Of a DNA stretch of 64,000 bases, positions 16,815 to 26,118 are shown piece by piece; the first letter of the stretch is position 1; every line of letters begins with the position of its first letter. The position numbers were made by a program, and so were the translations under genes. The notes beneath the pieces were generated by a model. It had not been told where the DNA came from. It saw only the letters and a list, made by a program, of their open reading frames with translations, and made no database searches. This DNA is from Planctomycetia bacterium (GTDB lineage Bacteria > Planctomycetota > MHYJ01 > WSZJ01), in assembly GCA_020849035.1 (NCBI GenBank), contig JADLHC010000114.1:4923-68922 (forward strand). The letters run 5' to 3'.

Positions 16815-18029
16815 TCAGGTCGTGAGGCGTGCGGCCTGAAGAGAGAGGCGGGCCCGCGTCGAGAACGCCAGCTCCGCGATCCGCGCCTGCGCGTCGAACT
16901 CCCCCGCCTTCGGCAGCAGCTCCAGGAACTCCGCCGTCCGCGCCAGGCCGTCCTGGTCGCCGAAATGCGTGAACTCCGCCCGCGCCGCCTGCGCCGCGCG
17001 CCTTGCCAGGTCGGCCGCCCCGCTGCGCGCGTTGCAGACCGCGATGTTGAAAATCGACTCCGCCGCCGCCGCGCGCTCCCCGGCGGCCGTCGCGGACGCG
17101 GACGCGAGGTTGAACTCCTGCAGCGCCCGCTTGTCGTCCCCCGCACGCAGCGCCGCGACGCCGATGTTGTGCCGCGCGTCCGACAGCCCCTTCCGGTTCT
17201 CCCGCTCCGCAAAGATCCCCGCCGCTTCCCCGCTCGCCGCCATCGACTCGACGAGGCGGCCCTCCGCCTCCTCGCAGACGCCGAGATTCGCGGAAACGGT
17301 GGCGCGCAGGTCCTGCGCGGCGGCCTCGGCGTCGTGCCCGAAGGTCTGCACGATGCCCATCGCCGCGCGGAAATGGCCCGCGGCGTCCGCCATCCGGTTC
17401 GTGAGCAGTGCGACCACGCCGAGGTTCGCCTCCATCCGCGCCACGGCCTCGCGGTCCCCCGCCTTTTCCCGCAGGTCGCGCGCCTCCCTGAAGCACTCCG
17501 ACGCCCCGTCGCCGTCCTGCGCCCGCGCCTTCAGCAGTCCGAGGTTGTTCAGACAGCGCGAGAGCGGTTTCGGCTTTCCGGCCTTCCGCAGGGAGACGAG
17601 CGCCTCGGTGTGGAGCTTGAGGGCGTCGTCGAAGCGCTGTTCGGTCTGGGCGACCATGCCGAGCCAGTCCTTGGCGATGCCGACCAGCGTGTGGTCGCCG
17701 GCCGAGGCGGCATGCGCGACGACGCGCTGGAACTCGATCCGCGCGTTCCGCCGGTCCCCCGCCGCGTCGTACGCCGCGCCGAGGTCGATGCTGCACAGCG
17801 CGATCAGGTGGCGGTCGCCGTGCTGCGTGACGCGCTCGCGGAAGAAGCGGTACTCGTCCACGGCGCCGGGGGCGTCGACCGGGAGGCGGGCGACCAGCGC
17901 GCGGTACTCTGCGTCGAGGTCGATCTGGCCTTCCTCGGGCGGCGTGGGGGCGGGCTGGTCCGCCCGGACCCATTTCGCCGTCGGCGGCTTCGTCCCGTGC
18001 TTCTTCGTCCTCTTCGTGTCGCCGGCCAT
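16815..18029 (-). CDS. TPR-repeat protein
   Basis: ORF 16815..18029. Repeated ~40-aa helical units with TPR-like A/G/L spacing. Co-directional with gatB, 33 nt downstream of its stop. Confidence 0.7.
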   Translation of the reverse strand: MAGDTKRTKKHGTKPPTAKWVRADQPAPTPPEEGQIDLDAEYRALVARLPVDAPGAVDEYRFFRERVTQHGDRHLIALCSIDLGAAYDAAGDRRNARIEFQRVVAHAASAGDHTLVGIAKDWLGMVAQTEQRFDDALKLHTEALVSLRKAGKPKPLSRCLNNLGLLKARAQDGDGASECFREARDLREKAGDREAVARMEANLGVVALLTNRMADAAGHFRAAMGIVQTFGHDAEAAAQDLRATVSANLGVCEEAEGRLVESMAASGEAAGIFAERENRKGLSDARHNIGVAALRAGDDKRALQEFNLASASATAAGERAAAAESIFNIAVCNARSGAADLARRAAQAARAEFTHFGDQDGLARTAEFLELLPKAGEFDAQARIAELAFSTRARLSLQAARLTT

Positions 18030-18062
18030 TGTGGAGGCCAGTCTAACACCTCGCCCCGACGT

Positions 18063-19511
18063 CTAATGCAGCGCCTTCTCAATCAGCTCGCGCGCGACCG
18101 TCGCGTTCGCTTTCCCCTTCGTCTCGCGCATCACCTGCCCGACCAGCGCCTGGATCGCGGTCGTCTTCCCCGCCTTGATGTCGGCCACGATCCGCGGGCT
18201 CTTCGCGATCACGTCCTTCACGATCGCCTCGAGCGCGCCGGCGTCGGAGACCTGCGCGAGGCCCTGCTTGCGGACGTGCTCGTCGACGGAGGCGCTTTCG
18301 GGCGTCTCCAGGATCCAGAGGAACAGGTCGCCGCCGGTCTGCCCCGTGACCTCCTTCGCCTCGACCTTCCTCGCGACCTCGGCGATCCGGCGCGTCTTGT
18401 CGAAGAACGCGGACGCGTGCAGCTTCTTTTCGTTCATCGCCGCCAGGACGTGCTTCATGACCCAGTTCGACGCGATCTTCGGCGCGAGGCCCTCGCCGCG
18501 CAGGCGGTCGAACAGCTCCGCGAGCTCCTTGTCGCCGGTGAGGACGCCGGCGTCGTAGGCGGGGAGGCCGAGCTCGTGGACGTAGCGCTCGCGGCGGGCG
18601 GCGGGGCGCTCGGGGAGGGCCTCGCGGACCTTGGCGACGAAGGCGGGATCGGCCTGGACGTGGACGAGGTCGGGCTCGGGGAAATAGCGGTAATCGTGGG
18701 CCTCTTCCTTGGAGCGCAGGACGATGGTCTTCTCGGCGACGGCGTCCCAGGTCAGGGTGACCTGCTCGACCTTCCCGCCGGACTCGATCACCTGCGCGTG
18801 GCGCGCGGCCTCGTACGACAGGGCCTTCGCGACGGCCCTGAAGGAATTGAGGTTCTTGATCTCGGTCTTCACGCCGAGCTTCGGGTCGCCCGGGCGGCGG
18901 ATGGAGACGTTGGCGTCGCAGCGAAGCGAGCCCTTCTCCATGTCGCAGTCGGAGACGTCGACGTACTGAAGGATCTCCTTGAGGGCGGTGAGGTAGGCGT
19001 AGGCCTCTTCGGGCGAGCGCATGTCGGGCTCGCTGACGATCTCGACGAGGGGGACGCCGGCGCGGTTGAGGTCGACGAAGGAGACGCCGGCGGTGCCCTC
19101 GGTCTCGGGGTGGATGAGCTTGCCCGCGTCCTCCTCGAGGTGGATGCGGGTGATGCCGATGTTTTTTTTACCGGATGGCGTCTCGATCTCGAGCCGGCCC
19201 CTGCGGTTGAGCGGGCGGTCGTACTGGCTGATCTGGTAGCCCTTCGGCAGGTCCGGGTAGTAGTAGTTCTTGCGGTCGAACTTCGTGAGGTTCGCGACGT
19301 CGCAGCCCAGCGCGACGCCGGCCCGGACGGCGAGGGCGAACGCCTGGCGGTTGAGCACCGGGAGGACGCCGGGAAGGCCGAGGCAGATCGGGCAGACCAG
19401 CGTGTTCGGGTCCGCACCGTACTTGTTCACGCAGCCGCAGAACAGCTTCGTGCGGGTCTTGAGCTGCACGTGGACTTCGAGGCCGATGACGGTTTCCCAG
19501 GACGGGGTCAT
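18063..19511 (-). CDS. gatB: Asp-tRNA(Asn)/Glu-tRNA(Gln) amidotransferase subunit B
   Basis: ORF 18063..19511. Canonical GatB N-terminus WETVIGLEVHVQL..KLFC and a C-terminal YqeY-like domain. Confidence 0.97.
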   Translation of the reverse strand: MTPSWETVIGLEVHVQLKTRTKLFCGCVNKYGADPNTLVCPICLGLPGVLPVLNRQAFALAVRAGVALGCDVANLTKFDRKNYYYPDLPKGYQISQYDRPLNRRGRLEIETPSGKKNIGITRIHLEEDAGKLIHPETEGTAGVSFVDLNRAGVPLVEIVSEPDMRSPEEAYAYLTALKEILQYVDVSDCDMEKGSLRCDANVSIRRPGDPKLGVKTEIKNLNSFRAVAKALSYEAARHAQVIESGGKVEQVTLTWDAVAEKTIVLRSKEEAHDYRYFPEPDLVHVQADPAFVAKVREALPERPAARRERYVHELGLPAYDAGVLTGDKELAELFDRLRGEGLAPKIASNWVMKHVLAAMNEKKLHASAFFDKTRRIAEVARKVEAKEVTGQTGGDLFLWILETPESASVDEHVRKQGLAQVSDAGALEAIVKDVIAKSPRIVADIKAGKTTAIQALVGQVMRETKGKANATVARELIEKALH

Positions 19512-19530
19512 CTCGGTTCCTTCCGGCCTC

Positions 19531-19640
19531 TATCCGCGGCCGTTTCCGCAGCATCCGCCTTTATCCGCGAATCGCCTTTGCCTTTCTCCGGAAAGGAATT
19601 CGCGGATGAAGGCGGATGGGGCGGAAACGACCGCGGATGA
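19531..19640. repeat. ~42-nt imperfect inverted repeat filling the gatA-gatB spacer
   Basis: Left arm TATCCGCGGCCGTTTCCGCAGCATCCGCCTTTATCCGCGAAT. Right-arm reverse complement TCATCCGCGGTCGTTTCCGCCCCATCCGCCTTCATCCGCGAAT. The central loop contains its own CCTTTC/GAAAGG mini-hairpin. Confidence 0.85.
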
Positions 19641-19656
19641 CGGCCCTTGTGGGCGC

Positions 19657-21099
19657 TCATACCTGCGGCCCCTTCCTCCACCACTCCGTCTCCCTCTCGT
19701 ACGCCCTCCCCGCCCGCAGCAGCGTCGCCTCGCTCCACTCCTTCCCCAGCAACTGCAGCCCGACAGGCAGGCCCCCCGGCGTGAACCCGGCCGGCACGCT
19801 CACGCCCGGGATCCCGGCCAGCGGCGCCGTCACGGTCAGCACGTCGCACAGGTACATCGCGATCGGGTCGTCCGCCTTCTCGCCGATCCGGAACGCAGGG
19901 ATCGGGCTCGTCGGCCCCGCGATCACGTCAACTGTCTTCCACGCCTCGTCAAAATCGTTCTTGATCAGGCGCCGGACCTGCAGCGCCTTCCTGTAGTAGG
20001 CCTCGTAGTATCCCGAGCTCAGCGCGAACGTCCCCAGCAGGATCCGGCGCCGCACCTCCTCGCCGAACCCCTCCGTCCGCGACTTGCGATACATGTCCAC
20101 CAGCCCGTCGAACGACTTCGCCCGGTGCCCGAACCGCACGCCGTCGTACCGCGCGAGGTTCGACGACGCCTCGCACGGCGCGATGACGTAGTAGGCGGCG
20201 ATTCCGTAGTCGGTGTGGGGAAGCGAAATGTCGACGAGCGTGGCGCCGAGCTTCTGGAGCTGCTTGAGCGCCGCGTCGATCGCCGCGCGCACGCCGGGGT
20301 CCGTCCCCGCGCCGAAGAACTCCTTCGGTACCCCGACCCGCAGCCCTTTCACGCCTGCCTCCAGCTCCTTCTCGTAGTCCGGCACCTCCACCGGCGCCGA
20401 CGTCGAGTCCAGCGTGTCGTGCCCGCTCATCGCGCCGAGGAACACGGCCGCGTCGCGCACCGTGCGGGCGATCGGGCCGATCTGGTCGAGGCTGGAAGCG
20501 AAGGCGACGAGGCCGTAGCGCGAGACGCGGCCGTACGTCGGTTTCATCCCCACGACGCCGCAGAGGGCGGCCGGCTGGCGGATCGAGCCGCCCGTGTCGC
20601 TCCCGAACGCCAGCGCCGCCATCCGCGCCGCGACCGCCGCCGTGCTGCCGCCCGACGACCCGCCCGGCGCGCGCGCCAGGTCCCACGGGTTGCGCGACGG
20701 CCCGTACGCCGAGTTCTCCGTGGACGACCCCATCGCGAACTCGTCCAGGTTCGTGTGGCCCAGCGGCACGGCGCCCGCGGCGAGGGCGCGGAGAAGCGCC
20801 GTCGCGTCGTAGGGGGGGCGGAAGCCCTCGAGGATCTTCGAAGCGCAGGTCGTGGGGACGCCGCGCTGGCACATGTTGTCCTTTACGGCGAGCGGGACGC
20901 CGGCGAGCGGGCCCTTGTCGGGGGAGGCGTCCACGCGGTCCGCCGCGGCGCGCGCGCCGGCCTCGTCCACGTGGAGGAAGGCGTGGACTTTCGGATCGAG
21001 CGCCTTGATCCGCGCGAGGTGCGCTTCGCAGACGTCGCGCGCCCGGAGCTTCCCTGCGCGGACGCCGTCGCGGATCTCGACCGCGGTGAGCTCGATCAT
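19657..21099 (-). CDS. gatA: Asp-tRNA(Asn)/Glu-tRNA(Gln) amidotransferase subunit A
   Basis: ORF 19657..21099. Amidase signature [28 protein letters not shown]. Confidence 0.97.
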   Translation of the reverse strand: MIELTAVEIRDGVRAGKLRARDVCEAHLARIKALDPKVHAFLHVDEAGARAAADRVDASPDKGPLAGVPLAVKDNMCQRGVPTTCASKILEGFRPPYDATALLRALAAGAVPLGHTNLDEFAMGSSTENSAYGPSRNPWDLARAPGGSSGGSTAAVAARMAALAFGSDTGGSIRQPAALCGVVGMKPTYGRVSRYGLVAFASSLDQIGPIARTVRDAAVFLGAMSGHDTLDSTSAPVEVPDYEKELEAGVKGLRVGVPKEFFGAGTDPGVRAAIDAALKQLQKLGATLVDISLPHTDYGIAAYYVIAPCEASSNLARYDGVRFGHRAKSFDGLVDMYRKSRTEGFGEEVRRRILLGTFALSSGYYEAYYRKALQVRRLIKNDFDEAWKTVDVIAGPTSPIPAFRIGEKADDPIAMYLCDVLTVTAPLAGIPGVSVPAGFTPGGLPVGLQLLGKEWSEATLLRAGRAYERETEWWRKGPQV

Positions 21100-21383
21100 T
21101 CGACGACCCTCGGGACGCGCAGGAACATCTCGACCTTGTCCGGGGCGTTCGCGAGCGCCTCGGCGCGCGGCAGGCTCGGGCGCGGCTCGTCGGAGCGGAA
21201 GGCGTCCACCAGGCCGGTCGGGTTCGTCATCGGCTCGACGTTCTTCGTGTCGAGCTCGTTGAGCTTCTCCACCATCGTCACGATGCGCCCGAGCTGGGCG
21301 GCTGCCTTGTCGGCGCCGGCGGGCGGGATTTCGAGGCGCGCGAGGAGGGCGACCTTTTCGACGAGGGGGCGGGTGATGTCCAC
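21096..21383 (-). CDS. gatC: Asp-tRNA(Asn)/Glu-tRNA(Gln) amidotransferase subunit C
   Basis: C-terminal 95 codons of ORF 21096..21566. GTG 21383 gives [19 protein letters not shown]..., typical GatC length and sequence. Overlaps the gatA start by 4 nt. Confidence 0.8.
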   Translation of the reverse strand: MDITRPLVEKVALLARLEIPPAGADKAAAQLGRIVTMVEKLNELDTKNVEPMTNPTGLVDAFRSDEPRPSLPRAEALANAPDKVEMFLRVPRVVE

Positions 21384-21426
21384 GGGGAGGGTGAGGATAG
21401 CGGCGGGGCGGGTGGTGTCACCGGGA

Positions 21427-21584
21427 AAAACGGCAGGGTGGGGGATGGGGAGGGCTGGGGCTGGTGCCACGGCCAGGGAGTGCGGCCAGGAACCAGGCTG
21501 CCCTTGTCCGTCGGTTCGTGGCCCGAGCCCCGGCACGAGCCCTCCCCCGCCCCATCCCGCCTCCACCCCATCCCCCGCCGTTTT
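21427..21584. repeat. GGGGATGGGG-type inverted repeat element
   Basis: Left AAAACGGCAGGGTGGGGGATGGGGAGGG and right CCTCCCCCGCCCCATCCCGCCTCCACCCCATCCCCCGCCGTTTT. Related to the arms at 11776-11852. Lies in the divergent gatC / radical SAM spacer. Confidence 0.7.
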
Positions 21585-21649
21585 CCCTTCCGCTCCCGCC
21601 CGCTTTCTGTTAGTTAACTCACCTTCCTAATCACCTCGGAGCCCGCCAC

Positions 21650-23329
21650 CTGCCCAGCAGACGCCCGAAGAAGGTCCTCCTGACCAGCGTCTGCCGGCCC
21701 CTCGGGGTCCGGTACGGCGATGCCCCGAGCGTCGGCTACGAGCTCCTTTTCGAGCAGGTCACCCGCGCCCAGGGACTGTTCTCGCCGCGCTCGCTCCACA
21801 TCCACTTCTCCCTCGAGTACGTCGCCGAGAACCTCGATGCCCCCGCCGTCACGCTCCAGTACCCGTCGAAGGCCGAGCTGATCCGCGAACTCAAGACGGG
21901 CCCGGACGTCGTCGGCGTCTCGTTCGTCCTCGCCACCTACCACCGCATGATCGAGACAGTCGAGATCATCCGGAAATACGCCCCCAGGGCGCAGATCGTC
22001 CTCGGCGGCTACGGCACCGTCCTCGACGACTCCCTCCTCCGCCCCTACGGCGACCACATCTGCCGCGAAGAGGGCGTGACGTTCATGCGCCGCCTGCTCG
22101 GCGAGCCGCCCCACCCCCTTCCCCACCGCCATCCGCTCATCGTCAACCCGCTCCGCGTCTTCGGGAGGCTCATCTCCCGGACCGGCATCGTCTTCGGCGG
22201 CCTCGGTTGCCCCAACGCGTGCGACTTCTGCTGCACGTCGTTCTTCTTCAAGAAGAAGCACGTCAAGCTCCTCCCCACCGGCCAGGACATCTACCGCGTC
22301 ATCCGCGGCTACCTCGACATCGACCCGAAGATGGCGATCCTGATCATCGACGAGGACTTCCTCCTCAACCGCCGGCGAGCAATGGAATTCCGCGACGCCG
22401 TGCAGGCGGGCGGCGTCCCCCTCGCCGTGTTCTGCTTCGCCAGCATCCGCGCGCTGTCGCAGTACACCGTGCAGGAGATCCTCGAGATGGGGATCGACGG
22501 CATGTGGATCGGCTACGAGGGGACGCGGTCCGGGTACGCGAAGCAGAAAGGCCGCTCGGCGGAAGAGATCTTCAAGGAGTTCCGCGAGCACGGCATCTCC
22601 ATTCTCGCCTCCATGATCGTCGGCTTCCCGTACCAGACGCCGGAGATCATCGAGGAGGAGCTCGCGGGCCTGCTGGCGCTCAAACCCGACCTCACGCAGT
22701 TCATGATCTACGGCCCGACGCCCGGGACGCCGTTCTTCGACCGCGTCGTGAAGGAAGGGCTTCTGGCGCCGGAGCTGGCCGCGGACATGGTGAAGTACGC
22801 GCGGACCGCGAGCGGCTTCTCGTCCATGGTCATCCACCCGACCATGAGCGCGAAGGAGATCGAGTTCCAGCAGACGCGCTGCTTCCAGGAGGACTTCAAG
22901 CGCCTCGGCCCGACGATCTTCCGCGCGGTCGAGACGTGGCTGCTGGGCTACCTCAAGCTCAAGGACTCGCCGAGCGCGTTCCTGCGCAAGAAGGCCGCGC
23001 TGTTCGCGGAGGACATCCGCAAGGCCTACCCCGTGTTCCTCGCCGGGAAGGTGTTCGGCCCCACCCCGCACGTCCGCCGCTGGATGGGCGACCTCCAGAA
23101 ACGGATCCACGCGGTCCTGGGCCGCCCCACGCTGTTCGAGAAGATCCAGTCCGTCGCCGGCGTCGCCGCCGCCGCCTGGACCGGCCTCACGCTCAAGCTC
23201 GGGCTCTTCCAGCACCCGAACCTCGTCCGCAACGAGTACCGCATGGGCGCCCCGTCGAAGGCCGTCTCCCACCCGTCGCGCGCCCCCGGCGTCGAGGCTC
23301 CCAGCCGCGAGCCGGTCCCCGTCGAATAG
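21650..23329 (+). CDS. B12-binding-domain radical SAM enzyme (class B), function unknown
   Basis: ORF track starts at ATG 21947, but the frame is open from 21614. It encodes a Rossmann-like N-domain (KKVLLTSVCRPLG...DVVGVSFVLATYH). CTG 21650 lies 8 nt after GGAG. Cluster motif GCPNACDFC (CxxxCxxC). Confidence 0.8.
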   Translation: MPSRRPKKVLLTSVCRPLGVRYGDAPSVGYELLFEQVTRAQGLFSPRSLHIHFSLEYVAENLDAPAVTLQYPSKAELIRELKTGPDVVGVSFVLATYHRMIETVEIIRKYAPRAQIVLGGYGTVLDDSLLRPYGDHICREEGVTFMRRLLGEPPHPLPHRHPLIVNPLRVFGRLISRTGIVFGGLGCPNACDFCCTSFFFKKKHVKLLPTGQDIYRVIRGYLDIDPKMAILIIDEDFLLNRRRAMEFRDAVQAGGVPLAVFCFASIRALSQYTVQEILEMGIDGMWIGYEGTRSGYAKQKGRSAEEIFKEFREHGISILASMIVGFPYQTPEIIEEELAGLLALKPDLTQFMIYGPTPGTPFFDRVVKEGLLAPELAADMVKYARTASGFSSMVIHPTMSAKEIEFQQTRCFQEDFKRLGPTIFRAVETWLLGYLKLKDSPSAFLRKKAALFAEDIRKAYPVFLAGKVFGPTPHVRRWMGDLQKRIHAVLGRPTLFEKIQSVAGVAAAAWTGLTLKLGLFQHPNLVRNEYRMGAPSKAVSHPSRAPGVEAPSREPVPVE

Positions 23330-23492
23330 TCCCCGGGAACATTTCCCGCACCCCGCGCGTTACAGCTCCCACAGGGGGAAAGACCGGCGCTTCCGCGCCC
23401 CGCTATTCCTTGTCCGCCTCCTCCGGCCCGCCCTATAGTCCGCCTCCTTCAGGGGTCCGAAACTTCCGTTTTCCATTGAGGGAACTCCCGCC

Positions 23493-24614
23493 ATGCGCTT
23501 CCTGTCCACGCTGCTGACCGTCGCGCTCACCACGACGCTCGCCTTCGCGGGCGACACCATCAAGATCGGCGTCGCCGGGCCGATGACGGGCGACCAGAAG
23601 GAGACCGGCGACCAGCTCAAGAGCGGCGCCGAGCTCGCGGCCGAGGCCATCAACAAGGCCGGCGGCATCAACGGGAAGAAGCTCGAGCTGGTGTACGGCG
23701 ACGACGAGGCGAAGCCGCAGCAGGCGAAGGTGGTCGCGGAGAAGTTCGCGAACGACCCGGACGTGCTGCTCGTCGTCGGCCATTTCAACTCGAGCTGCAC
23801 CCTCGCCGGGCAGACGACGTACGACCGCGTCGGCCTCGTGGAATTCAGCCCGGCCTCCACGAACCCGACGGTGTGCGAGAAGTCCAGGTGGACCTTCCGC
23901 AACCTGTACCGCGACGACTTCCAGGGAGAGCTGCTCGCGCGCGTGGCGATGGAGGTGATGGGCGCGAAGAAGGTGTGCGTGTTCTTCGACAACGACGACT
24001 ACGGCACCGGGCTGAAGGACTCGTTCGTGAAGAAGGCGAAGGAGATCGGGCTGGACGTGGCGCAGGTCGAGGCGTACACGCGCGAGACGGTGGACTTCAG
24101 CGCGACGCTGGACGCGTTCAACGCGAAGAAGCCGGACGTGATCTTCGTCAGCGGGATCTACAACGCGGCGGCGTCGATCGTGAAGCAGGCGCGGTCGAAG
24201 GGGATCAAGGCGCAGTTCCTGGGCGGCGACGGGCTGAAGGACGACGCGCTGATCAAGATCGCGAGCGACGCGGCGGAGGGGCTGGTGCTGACGAGCCCGT
24301 TCTCGATCGAGGCGACGAGCGACAAGGCCGTGGCGTTCCGGAAGGCGTACAACGACAAGTTCGGCAAGGACCCGGGGACGTGGGCGGCGCAGGTCTACGA
24401 CGCGGTGATGCAGGGCGCGGAGGCGATCCGGAAGGGCGGGACGGACCGGGCGAAGATCCGCGAGGCGATGGAGGCGATGAACACGAAGGAGACGGGGTAC
24501 GACGGCGTGACCGGCGTGACCTACTTCGACAAGAACGGTGACTGCGTGAAGCCGGCGTTCGTGGAGATCGTGAAGGACGGCGAGTTCGTGCCGCACGAGA
24601 AGCAGCTGAAGTAG
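23493..24614 (+). CDS. Branched-chain amino acid ABC transporter substrate-binding protein (LivJ/LivK family)
   Basis: ORF 23493..24614. Signal peptide, IKIGVAGPMTGD, GGINGKKLELVYGDD, family-typical type I periplasmic binding fold pattern. Confidence 0.9.
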   Translation: MRFLSTLLTVALTTTLAFAGDTIKIGVAGPMTGDQKETGDQLKSGAELAAEAINKAGGINGKKLELVYGDDEAKPQQAKVVAEKFANDPDVLLVVGHFNSSCTLAGQTTYDRVGLVEFSPASTNPTVCEKSRWTFRNLYRDDFQGELLARVAMEVMGAKKVCVFFDNDDYGTGLKDSFVKKAKEIGLDVAQVEAYTRETVDFSATLDAFNAKKPDVIFVSGIYNAAASIVKQARSKGIKAQFLGGDGLKDDALIKIASDAAEGLVLTSPFSIEATSDKAVAFRKAYNDKFGKDPGTWAAQVYDAVMQGAEAIRKGGTDRAKIREAMEAMNTKETGYDGVTGVTYFDKNGDCVKPAFVEIVKDGEFVPHEKQLK

Positions 24615-24632
24615 CGTGAAACAGCGGTAGAG

Positions 24633-24661
24633 GAACGGCCGCGCGATGAGCGCGGCCGTTC
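24633..24661 (+). terminator. Hairpin after the substrate-binding protein gene
   Basis: GAACGGCCGCGC-GATGA-GCGCGGCCGTTC, a perfect 12-bp stem 19 nt after the stop, followed by TGGTTTG. Confidence 0.6.
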
Positions 24662-24662
24662 T

Positions 24663-24756
24663 GGTTTGTAGTGGGTGGTTTGTGGTTGGTGGTTCAAGGC
24701 GGACTCGCGTCGTTCGCCGTTACTACCAACCACGAACCACCCACCAACGACCACTC
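24663..24756. repeat. Heptamer-block hairpin (GTGGTTN units / complement)
   Basis: 20-bp stem 24671-24690 / 24725-24744 with one G-T pair and a 34-nt loop. Shares the 19-nt string ACTACCAACCACGAACCAC (24722-24740) with the element at 45062-45080. Confidence 0.85.
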
Positions 24757-24813
24757 TCGTTGCATGTTGCCGCCCCTTCGCACAAAATCCGCCATTCCCC
24801 CGGCGGAGCCCCG

Positions 24814-26118
24814 ATGCACTGGTCCGAACTCGCCCCCCAGCTCGTCAACGCCCTCTCGCTCGGGGGAATCTACGCCCTCATCGCCGTCGGCTACACCATG
24901 GTCTACGGCATCCTCAAGCTCATCAATTTCGCCCACGGCGAGATCTTCATGTGCGGCGCCTTCGTCGGCGTCATCGCCCTCTCCGCCGGCTGGAGCCTCG
25001 TCCCCGCCATCGCCGCCGCCTGCGCCTTCTGCGCCCTCCTCGGCGTCACCATTGACCGCGTCGCCTACCAGCCGCTCCGCAGCGCGCCCAAGCTCGCGCC
25101 GCTCATCACGGCACTCGGCATGTCCATCTTCCTGCAGAACGTCGCGATGATGGTGTGGCGAAGCGGTGTGCGGTCGTTCCCGAAGCTTGCGCCGACGTAC
25201 GAGATGGTGCTGAAGAAGGCGCCGGAGAACAGGCAGGCGCTGCTGGACGAGGTCGCCTCGCGGCTGGAGAAGGTGCGGGACGGGAAGTACGACGAGGCGG
25301 CGAACGGGATTTTCCTCGGCGAGTACAGGGTGGCGAAGAAGAACTTCGAGGAGGAGCGGGCGCGGGACGCGCAGTCGGCGGCGCTTCCGGAGATGGAGAA
25401 GCGGCTTGCGACCGCGCGTGAGAACCTGCCGCGGGTGGTGGCGGTGGCGCGGATCCCGGACGGGGTGCGGGTGGAGTTCCGGAACGGGACGGGGGACGCG
25501 CTGAAGACACTGGCGGACCTGCGGAAGCAGTCCCAGCAGGACCTGAAGGTCCCGCGATCGGCGGTGGAGTGGGGGCAGGAGACGCGGGAGCACTGGCTGG
25601 AGCGGAGCGCGACGATCCTCGGGGTGAACGTGGAGTGGAAGCAGCCTGTGATCTGGGTGGTGACGCTGGCGCTGATGCTGGCGCTGGAGTTCATGATCCG
25701 GAAGACGACGATCGGGCGGGCGATGCGTGCGGTGTCGCTGGACAAGAACACGGCGGCGCTGATGGGAGTGTCGGTGAACCGGATCATCCGATTGACGTTC
25801 GCGATCGGGTCGTCGCTCGCCGCGGTCGGCGGGATTCTCTACGCCCTCAAGCTCGGCGGCGGCGTGGTCTTCAACATGGGCACGCAGGTGGGCGTGATCG
25901 CGTTCTCCGCGGCGGTTCTGGGGGGCATCGGGAACATCCGCGGCGCGGCGCTGGGCGGCGTCGTGATGGGGATCATCACGAGCCTGGCGACGTGGAAGCT
26001 GGGCGACTGGGGGATCGGCGGGGTCTACGGTCCGGCGGCGGCGTTTCTGGTGCTGATCGCGGTCATCCTGTTCCGCCCGACGGGGCTGCTCGGCTCGAAG
26101 TCGGTGGAGCGCGCGTGA
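24814..26118 (+). CDS. livH: Branched-chain amino acid ABC transporter permease LivH with ~140-aa inserted domain
   Basis: ORF 24646..26118 trimmed to ATG 24814 behind GGAG. LivH N-terminus QLVNALSLGGIYALIAVGYTMVYG and C-terminal permease core. Extra hydrophilic segment about residues 125-265. Confidence 0.9.
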   Translation: MHWSELAPQLVNALSLGGIYALIAVGYTMVYGILKLINFAHGEIFMCGAFVGVIALSAGWSLVPAIAAACAFCALLGVTIDRVAYQPLRSAPKLAPLITALGMSIFLQNVAMMVWRSGVRSFPKLAPTYEMVLKKAPENRQALLDEVASRLEKVRDGKYDEAANGIFLGEYRVAKKNFEEERARDAQSAALPEMEKRLATARENLPRVVAVARIPDGVRVEFRNGTGDALKTLADLRKQSQQDLKVPRSAVEWGQETREHWLERSATILGVNVEWKQPVIWVVTLALMLALEFMIRKTTIGRAMRAVSLDKNTAALMGVSVNRIIRLTFAIGSSLAAVGGILYALKLGGGVVFNMGTQVGVIAFSAAVLGGIGNIRGAALGGVVMGIITSLATWKLGDWGIGGVYGPAAAFLVLIAVILFRPTGLLGSKSVERA

